Below are positions 47,600 to 59,000 of a stretch of 64,000 bases of DNA, in pieces (positions within the stretch are counted from its first letter, which is position 1; every line of letters begins with the position of its first letter). This DNA is from Spirochaetota bacterium (GTDB lineage: Bacteria; Spirochaetota; UBA4802; UBA5550). The translations under genes were made by a program, and so were the position numbers. The stretch spans positions 3,008,001-3,072,000 of the forward strand of contig OY760686.1 of the NCBI GenBank assembly GCA_963663865.1, written 5' to 3'. Under the pieces are notes generated by a model. It was not told the DNA's origin and ran no database searches. It worked only from the letters and a program-made list of their open reading frames with translations.

Positions 47600-50500
47600 A
47601 TGACAAATAACAACAATGAAATAAGACCAGGCTTTGCCGGCATTCTCGGCAAGATGTTCATTAATTCAAGGCTTACACCGCTTATTGCGATAGGAAGCAT
47701 TCTTCTGGGGCTCATAGCAGTATGGCTGACTCCCAAAGAAGAGGAACCTCAAATCAGCGTTCCCATGTTCGACATTATGATATCCGCCGCGGGTTATGAG
47801 GCTGAAGAAGTCGAAAGAAAGATTACCGAGCCCGTCGAGAGAGCCGTCTGGGGTCTTGAGGGTGTTGAGTACATATACTCTGCCAGCAGTCCGCATTCAA
47901 GCCTGGTCACTGTGCGCTTTAAGGTTGGAGAACCGGTAGAGCCATCCCTTGTAAAGGTTCATCACAAGATGATGCAGATAAAGAAGCATCTTCCGCCAAC
48001 CGCGTCCGAACCTGACATATCATCATTCTCCATTGATGATGTGCCCTTTCTGACTCTGACATTCAGCTCGGCCGAACGCGACGATTACTCCCTCAGAACC
48101 AGTGTAGCACCGCTTGCCCGAAAGCTTTCGAGCACTCCGGATTTGAGCAGAATTGAACTTCTGGGGGGCAGAAAAAAAGCTATCCGCGTATCAGTGAATC
48201 CAGAACGACTCTCTGCAAACGGACTGACACTTGCCGAAGCCTCATCGGCTGTCAGGCAAAACGACGTCCTTCTTCCGTCAGGAAAAAAACGCGGCGGTTC
48301 AGTTTTTGATATAGAGACAGGCGGCCGTTTTAAAACCGCTGACGACGTTAGAAACACTCCGGTTGGTCAGCGCGGAGGAAGGGTCGTCCAATTGAAAGAT
48401 ATAGCGCATGTCAGCGAAGGGCCTGAAGAGCGCACACGGGTTTCAGTACTTCTGGACAAGTCAAAGGGTTCGTCACCGCAAAATGCCGTATCCATTGTCT
48501 TCGCCAAGCGTAAAGGAACAAACGTTGTAAATCTCTCGGAAGAGATTCTTCATCACGCCCGCACCTTTTCGAAATCTCTTCCAGATGATATATCCATGAC
48601 TGTTGTCCGTGATTATGGAGAAACAGCATCCGAAAAATCGACCGAACTTATTGAGCACCTTCTCATCGCAACTTTTTCTGTAGCTCTTCTGATCGCTATC
48701 TTCATGGGACTGCGCGCTTCTCTGGTCGTCTCAATAGCGATACCGGTTACGCTTGCGCTTACGCTCGCGATATACTACTTTATGGGCTATACCCTCAACA
48801 GGGTAACACTGTTCGCCCTCATTTTCTCCATTGGTATTCTTGTAGATGACGCCATCGTTGTTGTGGAAAATATTGAAAGGCACCTCAAGCGGAGAAATTC
48901 TGAAAGCATTCTCAAAACAACGCTCAAGGCCGTAGCCGAAGTCGGCAATCCGACTATACTGGCGACATTTACAGTTATAGCCGCTATTCTTCCTATGGCA
49001 TTTGTCACAGGAATGATGGGGCCTTACATGAAACCCATTCCAGTCGGCGCGAGCCTTGCTATGATACTCTCTCTTTTCATAGCCTTTATACTCATCCCGT
49101 TCCTCGCTGTGCGTCTTCTAAAAAAATCACATTCGGAAGAAAAGGCACAGGAGGAGCCCTCAGCCCCGAAGAGAATCGACCGACTGTATCTCAACATAAT
49201 CAACAGGCTTCTTTCCGGGAAAAAACCGGCAGCCATATTCGGTGTTTCTGCGCTTGTTCTCCTTTTTCTATCAACAGGATTGCTTTTCACAAAAACAGTT
49301 AAAGTGAAAATGCTTCCATTTGATGACAAAAATGAGTTTCAGGTGCTGCTTGACTTCCCGGTTGACACCCCGCTCAGCAAAAGCCTGGAGCTTTCGAAAG
49401 GACTTTCAGAGTCACTGCTGAAGCACCCTGAGGTAAAGAAGGTACAGATCTTCGCTGGCGAGCCGGCCCCCTATTCTTTTTCAGGCATGGTTAAGCACAC
49501 ATTCCTCAGGCAGTCTGACTACATGGCCGATTTACAGGTAGTGCTTTCAGGCAAAGGCGAGCGTTCAGAGGTCAGTCACGAAATAATTGAGTCTCTGCGT
49601 CCCGTTATATCGAGTTTCGCCGACAGGTACGGCGTTACATCCAGGATTCTTGAAATCCCGCCCGGCCCCCCTGTCATGGCTACAATGGTTGCAGAGATAT
49701 ATGGACCCGACAGAGGCGCCATAGCAGAAGCTTCGGAGAACGTATATGCGGCATTTAAAAATGAACCAAGTGTTGTGGACCTTGACTATTCATGGCGTCA
49801 GATGCGCTCAAGGCTCTATTACGGCTTCAACTATCCGGCTGGCGGGCTTGCAGGTGTTCGCGCATTCGACACCGCCGCGGCTGGAAATCTCCTTTTTTCA
49901 GAAACACCGCTGACCTCGCTCTCAAGTGTTACTGCACCGGAAGATGTTTCAGTTGACTTTGGAGTTCAGGACAGCTTCAGGACATCAAATGCCCCATTCC
50001 GCTTCCAGAACATGTCCTCGTTTGAGACCGGCATTACTCCGTTATCAGGTGTTCTCAACAGGCCTGTTATCAGGGAAACCGCTGCGCTTCACAGAAAAAA
50101 CCTGAAACCGGTTTCTTATGTAACATCAGAGCTTTCAGGCCCCGAGGAATCTCCAGTCTACGGTGTGATGAAGATTGCTCCCAAAATAGACTATCCGCAG
50201 AGTACTGCCCATGCACCCTGGAACACGGACACCCCTTCAGTTAAGTGGGATGGAGAATGGTTCATTACTTACGAGGTTTTCCGCGATCTCGGGGCGGCAT
50301 TTGCTGTCGTGCTGATACTTATCTATGTTCTGGTCGTCGGCTGGTTCAAAAGCTACAGAATCCCCCTGATTATTATGGCTCCCATACCGATAAGCCTTAT
50401 AGGAATTATTCCGGGACATGCCCTGGCGGGGACATATTTTACGGCAACCTCGATGATAGGTTTTATCGCGGGTGCGGGTATAATTGTCAGGAACTCCATC

Positions 50501-50773
50501 ATCCTTGTCGACTTTATTGAGCACCAGCTCTCGAAAGGAATGGAGTTCAAGGAAGCAGTCATCAGCGCCGGCCTGCTCCGCTTCCGGCCGATGCTTCTTA
50601 CGGCAGCATCAGTTGTAGCGGGAAGCTTTATTATGCTCTTCGATCCTATTTTCCAGGGACTCGCGATAAGCCTCATGTCAGGCGAAATTGCCGCCACGCT
50701 TCTGAGCCGATTTGCCGTACCTGTTCTTTACTACTGGGGTTCAGGAAGAGCGGTTAATAGAGCCATGCCTTGA
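47600..50773 (+). CDS. RND efflux transporter permease (AcrB/CusA superfamily)
   Basis: TPKEEEPQISVP, LNRVTLFALIFSIGILVDDAIVVVENI, AGIIVRNSIILVDFI and RFRPMLLT. Confidence 0.93.
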   Translation: MTNNNNEIRPGFAGILGKMFINSRLTPLIAIGSILLGLIAVWLTPKEEEPQISVPMFDIMISAAGYEAEEVERKITEPVERAVWGLEGVEYIYSASSPHSSLVTVRFKVGEPVEPSLVKVHHKMMQIKKHLPPTASEPDISSFSIDDVPFLTLTFSSAERDDYSLRTSVAPLARKLSSTPDLSRIELLGGRKKAIRVSVNPERLSANGLTLAEASSAVRQNDVLLPSGKKRGGSVFDIETGGRFKTADDVRNTPVGQRGGRVVQLKDIAHVSEGPEERTRVSVLLDKSKGSSPQNAVSIVFAKRKGTNVVNLSEEILHHARTFSKSLPDDISMTVVRDYGETASEKSTELIEHLLIATFSVALLIAIFMGLRASLVVSIAIPVTLALTLAIYYFMGYTLNRVTLFALIFSIGILVDDAIVVVENIERHLKRRNSESILKTTLKAVAEVGNPTILATFTVIAAILPMAFVTGMMGPYMKPIPVGASLAMILSLFIAFILIPFLAVRLLKKSHSEEKAQEEPSAPKRIDRLYLNIINRLLSGKKPAAIFGVSALVLLFLSTGLLFTKTVKVKMLPFDDKNEFQVLLDFPVDTPLSKSLELSKGLSESLLKHPEVKKVQIFAGEPAPYSFSGMVKHTFLRQSDYMADLQVVLSGKGERSEVSHEIIESLRPVISSFADRYGVTSRILEIPPGPPVMATMVAEIYGPDRGAIAEASENVYAAFKNEPSVVDLDYSWRQMRSRLYYGFNYPAGGLAGVRAFDTAAAGNLLFSETPLTSLSSVTAPEDVSVDFGVQDSFRTSNAPFRFQNMSSFETGITPLSGVLNRPVIRETAALHRKNLKPVSYVTSELSGPEESPVYGVMKIAPKIDYPQSTAHAPWNTDTPSVKWDGEWFITYEVFRDLGAAFAVVLILIYVLVVGWFKSYRIPLIIMAPIPISLIGIIPGHALAGTYFTATSMIGFIAGAGIIVRNSIILVDFIEHQLSKGMEFKEAVISAGLLRFRPMLLTAASVVAGSFIMLFDPIFQGLAISLMSGEIAATLLSRFAVPVLYYWGSGRAVNRAMP

Positions 50774-51015
50774 GAAGGCCCGGTTAGAAACCGTTTAGCT
50801 TATAGAAAATGACAGGCATTATTAGCCGGTTCTGCCCATCGCAGGCCGGCTTTTTCAATCCCGTAGCCATAAAAAATAAACTCATTTTCTATGATTTCTT
50901 GACAGCTTCAGCAGTTAGGCTATAATAATTACTTGACAGGCACTTATAAAGCACGCCTTCTTTAATGTTTGCCTCATAACTAACTTGAACAATATCTTCA
51001 TTAAGGAGAATCAAC

Positions 51016-51702
51016 ATGAAAAAAACAGCATATCTTCCCCTCGCGGCGCTGCTCCTTGCAGCAGGATGTTTCTCGTCCATGCCGCCCAGAGTCAGCCCAG
51101 AGTATATTTCCGGGAAAAGCCAGGCTGAAACAGAAAGTCTTGAAGAAATTGAACGAGAAATAATCAAAATATCCAATGATAAAGAGGAACTGCAGAAATC
51201 CCTTAAGATTTCCAAACTGCAGATTGCTGTTCTTGAAAGAGAGCTCACTCAAATAGAAGCACAGTCAAAACTTCTCGCAGACAAGCAAAAGCTCAACGCT
51301 GCCCAGAACGACCAGACTGGAATCGCTGAGGTAAAAAATGAGATCGATGCTAACAACAAAGCCAGAGAAACATCGTCACTTAAACTCGAATACTACACAG
51401 CAAAGAAGAAGCATACCGAACAGCAGATAGCGACCGCTGAAGCTCAGCAGGCAGCAAAAATTGCTGAACAGTATCTCGAAGAGGCTAAAATCGGCAGGGC
51501 TAAGCAGGACAGCATTATGGGACCGGCTGCCGAAGAGACTCCGAAAGACCGCATCAACATAAAGGAATATGAAGACTATAAACTGAAAACAGAAGAAAGA
51601 CTCGCATCCATGAAAAAAGAGGAGCAGCTGACCTCCGCAGAGCTCGCGAAGAAAGAGAAAAAGCTTAAAGCAGCGGGTATTGATGTCTCACAGCTAAAAT
51701 AA
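51016..51702 (+). CDS. Coiled-coil lipoprotein
   Basis: AAGGAG RBS, lipobox LAAGC and a heptad-rich E/K/Q body. Confidence 0.8.
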   Translation: MKKTAYLPLAALLLAAGCFSSMPPRVSPEYISGKSQAETESLEEIEREIIKISNDKEELQKSLKISKLQIAVLERELTQIEAQSKLLADKQKLNAAQNDQTGIAEVKNEIDANNKARETSSLKLEYYTAKKKHTEQQIATAEAQQAAKIAEQYLEEAKIGRAKQDSIMGPAAEETPKDRINIKEYEDYKLKTEERLASMKKEEQLTSAELAKKEKKLKAAGIDVSQLK

Positions 51703-51719
51703 AGCCGGAGGGTAATACA

Positions 51720-52799
51720 ATGATCAGGCATTCACGAATAACAACCTTTGCTGTAACTGTATTTTTTCTCGCTGCCTTTTCGGGAATATCAACCGCAGAC
51801 TTTTTCGGGCCTTCAGACCTTGAAAAATGCACAAACGAAAAGGTAGCCGTCGAGCTAAAGTACAAGTACTGCTACAGGGATAAAACCAATACCGAAAATG
51901 AGCTTGAACTGCTCAAGCGTCAGTACAGAAACGAATCAGCTAACTTCCGGACACAGATAAACTCGCTCGAAAATAAGATATCAAGTCTGCAGAAAAAACT
52001 CGACTCATCAGTTTCAGGACGTGAGCAGGACAACTCAGTATCTTCAAAAAAGATATCTGAGCTTGAAAACACCCTCGCAATTCTGAGAAATAATAGTACC
52101 GGTCGCGAGAAAGAACTGTTGAACGAGATAGAAGAGCTTCAAAAAAAACACGGCTCAGAGCTGACTCAGTTGAGAGACAGCTTTGACAAAGAACGCAACC
52201 GCCTTATGGAAGAGATTGACAGGCTGAAAAATGATCATGCTTCCAAATTGGCAGAGCTTAATTCACAGATCAGTAACCTTAACTCTGAGCTCGCCCTACT
52301 TAAAAAGCTGACTGAGTCGCAAAAGGAAGAGCTTGAGAGGATGAGCACACAGGAAAAAGAGCTTGCCCGACAGCTTGAATCAGAGATTAAAAAGGGCGAT
52401 ATCAGGCTGAAGAAGCACCACGACCGTCTTATCATTAATATTGACAACAGAATCTCCTTCGATTCCGGATCGGCTGAGCTGAAAAAGGAAGTCTTCTCTG
52501 CCCTTGACAAAATCTCAGGAATTCTGCAGAACTACCCGGAAAACAGAATTATGGTGGAAGGGCATACTGATACTGATAAAATAGTCAGGGGAAAGTACAG
52601 AGACAACTGGCACCTTTCAGCCGAACGCGCTCTTGCTGTTCTAAATCAACTCCTGAAAAACAAGAACATTGACAGGTCAAGATTTGCAGCCGCGGGGTAT
52701 GGAGAATTCAATCCCATTGTACCAAACGACACCCCGGAGAACAAGGCCCTTAACAGAAGGGTTGACATTGTTGTTATTCCTCGGGTTAGCTCAAAGTAA
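51720..52799 (+). CDS. Coiled-coil protein with a C-terminal OmpA/MotB peptidoglycan-binding domain
   Basis: Signal peptide, about 190-aa coiled coil, then FDSGSAEL, VEGHTD, NWHLSAERA, GYGEFNP and NRRVDI. Confidence 0.88.
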   Translation: MIRHSRITTFAVTVFFLAAFSGISTADFFGPSDLEKCTNEKVAVELKYKYCYRDKTNTENELELLKRQYRNESANFRTQINSLENKISSLQKKLDSSVSGREQDNSVSSKKISELENTLAILRNNSTGREKELLNEIEELQKKHGSELTQLRDSFDKERNRLMEEIDRLKNDHASKLAELNSQISNLNSELALLKKLTESQKEELERMSTQEKELARQLESEIKKGDIRLKKHHDRLIINIDNRISFDSGSAELKKEVFSALDKISGILQNYPENRIMVEGHTDTDKIVRGKYRDNWHLSAERALAVLNQLLKNKNIDRSRFAAAGYGEFNPIVPNDTPENKALNRRVDIVVIPRVSSK

Positions 52800-52808
52800 A
52801 TTATACTA

Positions 52809-52838
52809 TAAAAAAGGGTGCCGTTTTACCGGCACCCT
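52809..52838 (-). terminator. Intrinsic terminator for the ferredoxin gene (possibly bidirectional)
   Basis: AAAAAAGGGTGCCG...CGGCACCCT, with a U-tract on the minus strand. Confidence 0.6.
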
Positions 52839-52849
52839 CAATTCATTGC

Positions 52850-53026
52850 TTAAACCTCAGAAATACATTCTACGGGACAAACGTCAGCGCAAGCTCCGCA
52901 GCTTGTGCAGTCAGCCTCGTTTATTTTTCTGATTCCGCCATTTGCCTCGGAAATGCATTCAACCGGACATTCCGGTTCACATGCTCCGCATCCCGTACAT
53001 TCATCCGCGTTAATTCTGTATGCCAT
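52850..53026 (-). CDS. 2[4Fe-4S] ferredoxin
   Basis: MAYRINADECTGCGACEPECPV...CTSCGACADVCPV with two CxxCxxCxxxCP motifs. GGAGG RBS. Confidence 0.95.
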   Translation of the reverse strand: MAYRINADECTGCGACEPECPVECISEANGGIRKINEADCTSCGACADVCPVECISEV

Positions 53027-53132
53027 CAGACACACCTCCAGATGTTTTTGTGAGTTCTACCGCGGAGAACAGAGAGCCTTGTCCCCATAATCCGGGCTGC
53101 TGTCTGCCGGACAGGGCAGTACAGCATTTTCT

Positions 53133-53161
53133 ATAATACAGCGGGGTTCCCATCCGGTCAA
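53133..53161 (-). promoter_or_regulatory. Sigma70-type promoter of the ferredoxin gene
   Basis: Minus strand TTGACC-N17-TATTAT. Confidence 0.6.
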
Positions 53162-53178
53162 GCCGTAATTAGCCTGAA

Positions 53179-54834
53179 TCAGGACTTGACTCCCTGCATC
53201 TGCACAAGGTCATTTTCCACATCGGTTATACCGCCAATTCCGAAATTCTTAACCAGCACATCCACAACGTTTGGAGAAAGAAATCCCGGAAGAGTCGGCC
53301 CAAGATGAATGTTCTTTACGCCAAGATAAAGCAGAGCGAGAAGCACAATCACCGCTTTCTGCTCATACCATGCGATATTGTACGATATCGGCAGATCGTT
53401 AATATCCTTCAGGCCGAATACCTCCTGCAGCTTCATGGCTATTACCGCAAGAGAATACGAGTCGTTGCACTGACCCGCATCAAGGACCCTCGGTATTCCG
53501 CCAATATCTCCAAGCTGCAGCTTGTTGTATCTGTACTTGGCACATCCAGCCGTAAGAATTACGGTGTCATTCGGAAGCTTCGAGGCAAATTCCGTGTAAT
53601 ATTCTCTGCTTTTCATGCGGCCGTCGCAGCCTGCCATGACAAAGAACCTTCTTATCGCCCCGCTCTTGACTGCGTCAACCACCTTGTCTGCAAGTGAAAG
53701 AACTGTGCTGTGCGCAAAACCGCCTACAATCTCACCAGTTTCAATCTCGACAGGCGGACTGCATTTTTTGGCCATCTCAATAATCTTTGAAAAATCCTTT
53801 TTTTGTCCCGGTTTTCTTTCGGGTATATGTTCTACACCATCATAGCCGGCCGCTCCGGTAGTAAACATTCTGCTTTTGTACGAGTCCTTTGGCGGCACTA
53901 TACAGTTGGTAGTCATAAGGATGGGGCCGTTAAAAGAATCGAACTCCTTATCCTGTTTCCACCAGGCATTACCGTAATTGCCGGCAAAATGCGAGTACTT
54001 CTTAAAGGCTGGATAGTAGTTTGCCGGAAGCATTTCGCTGTGAGTATAAACGTCAACCCCCGTCCCCTCAGTCTGTTTGAGAAGCTCTTCCATATCCTTC
54101 AGATCGTGCCCGCTTATGAGGATACCGGGATTGTTTCGAGTGCCTATGTTTACTTTGGTAATCTCGGGATGCCCGTATGTTGTCGTGTTTGCTCTGTCGA
54201 GAAGGGACATTGCTGCGACACCAAATTTTCCGGTTTCCAGGACAAGCGCCGTCAGATCATCTGCTGTCAGGCTGTCATTTAGAGTCTCGGCAAGTGCCTT
54301 TTGCATAAAGGCGTGAATCTCAGGCTCGGTGAAACCCAGATTAGCCGCGTGTTCAGTGTATGCAGCCATTCCTTTGACACCGTAAGTAACAAGCTCACGG
54401 AGCGACCTTACATCCTCGTTCTCAGTAGCGAGAACTCCAGACTTTCCGGACTTTACCAAATAATCGCCGTCTGGTCCGGGCGTCCAGATTACAGCCTCGT
54501 GCAGGATATCTCCTGTCAGAATACCTTTACCCTCAAGAACAGCCCTCATCGAATCGCGAAGCTCAACAACCTCGCCAATAAACTCTACAAAAGCCTGCCG
54601 GTCAAAATTTGCGTTTGTTATCGTCATAAAAAGCCCGCGCATAACCAGATGGTCGGCCTCAGGGCTGCCCAGCCCCTCGTTGGCGGCTTTAATATTGACA
54701 ATGCTCAGCCCCTTGAGCAGGAAAATCAATGTATCCTGAATAGCAGCAACATCCTCTGTTTTCCCGCACACCCCTCTTATGGTGCAGCCTGTTCCCTTTG
54801 CGGTTTCCTGACACTGATAGCAAAACATACTCAT
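53179..54834 (-). CDS. hcp: Hydroxylamine reductase / hybrid cluster protein
   Basis: [51 protein letters not shown] and WYEQKA. Confidence 0.97.
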   Translation of the reverse strand: MSMFCYQCQETAKGTGCTIRGVCGKTEDVAAIQDTLIFLLKGLSIVNIKAANEGLGSPEADHLVMRGLFMTITNANFDRQAFVEFIGEVVELRDSMRAVLEGKGILTGDILHEAVIWTPGPDGDYLVKSGKSGVLATENEDVRSLRELVTYGVKGMAAYTEHAANLGFTEPEIHAFMQKALAETLNDSLTADDLTALVLETGKFGVAAMSLLDRANTTTYGHPEITKVNIGTRNNPGILISGHDLKDMEELLKQTEGTGVDVYTHSEMLPANYYPAFKKYSHFAGNYGNAWWKQDKEFDSFNGPILMTTNCIVPPKDSYKSRMFTTGAAGYDGVEHIPERKPGQKKDFSKIIEMAKKCSPPVEIETGEIVGGFAHSTVLSLADKVVDAVKSGAIRRFFVMAGCDGRMKSREYYTEFASKLPNDTVILTAGCAKYRYNKLQLGDIGGIPRVLDAGQCNDSYSLAVIAMKLQEVFGLKDINDLPISYNIAWYEQKAVIVLLALLYLGVKNIHLGPTLPGFLSPNVVDVLVKNFGIGGITDVENDLVQMQGVKS

Positions 54835-54892
54835 CGTTGTTTCCTCCTAATCTATTATATCTGCATCATAGACCATTTCTAAAAAGAACGCA

Positions 54893-54906
54893 TTGACCTG
54901 AATCAA
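54893..54906. promoter_or_regulatory. Crp/Fnr-type (HcpR) binding site upstream of hcp
   Basis: TTGACCTGAATCAA approximates TTGAT-N4-ATCAA. It lies about 60 bp upstream of the hcp start, between hcp and the divergent Crp/Fnr gene. Confidence 0.65.
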
Positions 54907-55066
54907 CTATGAGAAATAATATACATTACGCGGGGATAATAACATAAGGCAATAATCAAAATAATGAGTCTATACTTTCAATATTTTGTACTGAAGATGT
55001 TTTCTCGTATTATATCACGTGTTCCGTCTGTGTCAACAGACGTGCATAAATTATTAAGTCATCAGC

Positions 55067-55094
55067 TTGCAATTCAGCTAAACTTTGATATAAT
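55067..55094 (+). promoter_or_regulatory. Putative promoter of the Crp/Fnr regulator
   Basis: TTGCAA-N16-TATAAT with an extended -10 (TGaTATAAT). Confidence 0.55.
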
Positions 55095-55111
55095 CAATAG
55101 AAGGAGATGAG

Positions 55112-55768
55112 ATGAAACAACTGAACATTAACGAGAACAGCCTGCTGCCTTTCAACAGCAGCGACATTATTGAAAAGATAACTTCTTCCGGGAACTTCCA
55201 GGAAACCGGGCCCGGTGAAATACTGTTTATCGAAGGCGACAATGGAACCTCACTCTATATACTTCAGTCAGGTTCGGTCAAGATATTTAAAAGCGCCCCG
55301 GACGGCCGGGAAATAATACTCAGGACTATAGTTCCCGGGGAAATGTTCGCCGAGGTCATTCTTTTTGAATCTTCACGCTATCCGGCAAGCGCGGCTTCAA
55401 CGGAAAATTCCGTTCTATTCACAATAACCAGAAAGCGTTTTTTAGAGCTTTTGGATGATGCTCCTTTCCGCGACAGCTTTATTTCCGCTTTGATGAGAAA
55501 GCAGAGACACCTGACTGAACGGCTCCATTATCTGACAGCCTATGAAGTGGAAGAACGTTTTTTCAGATTCCTCGCTTCAAAATACGGCCGGAAGGACATT
55601 TACACTATCGATATGTCCAAAAAGGATATCGCCTCTTCGATAGGGACAATACCCGAGACAATGTCCAGGCTAATACGAAGACTTACCGACAGCAACCGGA
55701 TAAAATGGGAAGGCAATTTACTCAGCATTTCACCTGGTTTTTGGGACGGCTTTGACATGGAGGAGTAA
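55112..55768 (+). CDS. Crp/Fnr-family regulator (HcpR-like)
   Basis: GEILFIEGD, LQSGSVKI, GEMFAEVILF...YPASA and HTH IASSIGTIPETMSRL. Divergent from hcp. Confidence 0.9.
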   Translation: MKQLNINENSLLPFNSSDIIEKITSSGNFQETGPGEILFIEGDNGTSLYILQSGSVKIFKSAPDGREIILRTIVPGEMFAEVILFESSRYPASAASTENSVLFTITRKRFLELLDDAPFRDSFISALMRKQRHLTERLHYLTAYEVEERFFRFLASKYGRKDIYTIDMSKKDIASSIGTIPETMSRLIRRLTDSNRIKWEGNLLSISPGFWDGFDMEE

Positions 55769-56028
55769 CTACTTATAACGGGGAGGATTCCTATTGCAGC
55801 GTGTTACATTTTTGTACCCCTCATCAGTGAATCCGGTTGGTATGATAACATTATTGTCAGCTTTCAGCCGTAATTTTACACCCCTGTAACAAACAGTCTC
55901 AAATACTCGGCTTTTTTAATTGAAGCGGAAACGGCCTCTCCTTAACTATTGATTAATATTGAATTGAGTATAATTACTTTTCTTCACCCTGTCAAAACCC
56001 GCAGTCTGTGAAGAACGAGGAGTTTGAA

Positions 56029-59000
56029 ATGAAAAATAATCCAGAAAATCAGGGGCTTTACAAAAGAGAATTCGAACACGATTCCTGCGGTGTGGGTTTT
56101 GTCGCACACATTAAAGGCGACAAATCTCATGACATCGTACGACGGGGAATTGAGATTCTAGAACGAATGGAACACAGGGGTGCTGAAGGCGCGGACAATA
56201 AAACTGGAGACGGCTCCGGAATAATGATTCAGATTCCTCATGAGTTTTACTCATCAGAGGTCAGCGGACTCGGTAATCCAGGGGAATACTCAGCAGGACT
56301 TGTTTTTCTTCCCACTGACAAAGAAGCCGCTGACAGCTGTATCAAAATATTCGAGAAGTCCGCTGCAGAGGAAGGCCTTAAAGTAATAGCCTGGCGGGAT
56401 GTTCCGGTCGACAACACCGAAATTGGGACAATTGCGAAGAAATCTGAGCCGGGCATCAAACAGGTTTTCCTGACATCCTCAAAAAAAATCAAGCAAAACG
56501 AACTTGAACTCAAGTCATTCATTCTTCGTAAAAGCACAGCAAAACTTATATTAGAATCGAAGATTCAGGGATCATCCGACTTCTACATCCCGTCCCTTTC
56601 TACAAAGACTATTGTTTACAAAGGAATGCTAACGCCGGGACAGGTTAAACTCTTCTACCCGGAACTGCAGAATAAAAAGTTAACCAGCGCTATAGCCCTC
56701 GTTCACTCAAGATTCAGCACAAACACTTTCCCTTCGTGGGACCTGGCTCAACCCTTTAGAATCGTGGCTCACAATGGCGAAATCAACACAGTAAAAGGCA
56801 ACAGATTCTGGATGAAAGCCCGTGAGCCATACCTTTCTTCCCCGGTTTTCGGAGAGAACCTTTCGAAAATTCTTCCAATTATTGAACCCGGCAAAAGCGA
56901 CTCCGCTTCGTTTGACAATGCTCTCGAATTTCTTGTTGCGACAGGACGTTCTCTTCCGCACGCTTTGATGATGATGATCCCGGAGTCGTGGAACGACAAG
57001 AATCCAATTCCCGAAGATCTCAAATACTTCTACGAGTACCATTCAACCTTTATGGAACCCTGGGACGGCCCGGCTTCCATGGTGTTCTGCGACGGCCGCT
57101 TCATTGGAGGCACCCTTGACAGAAACGGACTCAGACCTTCCAGGTTTATCATCACAAAGGATGATATTATTGTGATGGCGTCCGAGGTGGGTGTTCAAGA
57201 CTTCCCCGCTGCCCAGATCGCGCAGAAGGGCCGCCTTCTGCCGGGCAAACTGCTCCTCGTCGACACGCAGGAAGGCCGCATCATCCCTGACGAAGAGATA
57301 AAGAAATGCACAGCTAATTCTAAGCCCTATAAAGAGTGGGTGGAAAACAACAGGGTTGTCATTTCCGACATTAAATCCAGGGGAACCTCTTATGAGGACT
57401 TATCAAATGAGAAGGTTCACGAGCTTCAGCTTATTCACGGTTATATTCGTGAGGATATCAACACGCATATCCACACAATGGCAACCACGGGCCAGGAACC
57501 GGTCGGATCAATGGGTACTGACACCCCGATTGCCGTTTTTTCAGATAAGCCTCAGCCGCTCTTTAACTACTTCAAGCAAAACTTTGCACAGGTAACAAAT
57601 CCAGCTATTGACCCTATCCGTGAAGATCTGGTCATGACATTGACAAGCTATATCGGGCCCGAAAAAAATCTGCTTTCAGAAACTCCCGAACACTGCAGAA
57701 TGATCAAATACTTTTCGCCCATATTCACCGACAATGAGCTTTCAATCTTCCGAAATTCAACGAATCCTGATATCAAGTCAGGAGTCATAGACATCCTGTT
57801 TAAGGTTGATGGGGGTGAAGACGCGCTCGAAAAAGCAATGGATAGAATCTGCGCTGAAGCTGAAGCCATGGCTTCAAAAGGCATTAACTATATAATACTA
57901 TCGGACAGGCACACCGACGCGGAGCATGCCCCTGTGCCTTCTCTTCTTGCTGTTGCCGGTGTACATCATCATCTTATTCGTACCGGCAAGCGAAAGTCCG
58001 CCAGCCTTCTTCTTGAAAGCGGGGAGCCAAGGGAGATAATGCATTACGCACTGCTCTTCAGCTATGGAGCTGGAGCTGTAAACCCATACGGCGTTTTCGC
58101 GTCTATTAAAACAATGCAAAATCAGGGTCTTATTGCAGACGAGAAAGAGTACTCTTCACTTGAAGAAAACTACATCAGATCCGTGAATAAAGGCCTGATG
58201 AAAATAATGTCTAAGATGGGGACATCGACCCTCAGAAGTTACCGCGGCTCCCAGATTGTCGAAGCAATAGGCCTCTCTGAAAAACTGGTTAATCTATACT
58301 TTACAGGCACAGAGTCCAGAATCGGAGGGATTGACATGAGGGATATCGCAAAAGAAACCCTCGAACGGCATCGTAAAGCATATTTTCAGAGACCACCTCT
58401 TCTTGAATCTGACGGGGTGTACGCCTACAGGAAAGGCGGTGAAAAACACGCATGGAGCCCGGAAGCCATACACATGCTTCAATGGGCGGCGCGCACCAAT
58501 GACTATCAAAAGTATAAACAGTTTTCGGAGCTTGTTAACAGGCATAACAGGAAGCCCAATGTCATAAGAGGACTTCTCGATTTCAAGAAGGGGACACCCA
58601 TTCCAATTGACGAAGTTGAACCGGAAGAGGAAATCTTAAAAAGACTCACGACCGGAGCCATGTCATACGGATCCATAAGCAAGGATGCACATGAAGCCAT
58701 TGCTGTTGCAATGAACGCGATTGGCGGCAGAAGCAATTCAGGTGAAGGCGGTGAAGATCCAATTCGCTTTATACGGAGAGAAGACGGCACGCTTGCCCGC
58801 AGCGCGATAAAGCAGGTTGCGAGCGGACGCTTTGGAGTAACCAGCAATTATCTGACCAATGCCGATGAAATTCAGATAAAAATCGCGCAGGGTGCCAAAC
58901 CCGGAGAAGGCGGTCAACTTCCGGGGCACAAGGTCGATAAGATTATTGCAAAAACAAGGTTTTCGACTCAGGGAGTTACGCTAATTTCTCCCCCGCCTCA

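Noticed and set aside
55800-55900. GlnR/TnrA/NtcA-like nitrogen boxes upstream of gltB
   Set aside because: Partial TGTTACA/TGTAAC half-sites are present, but none has consensus spacing.
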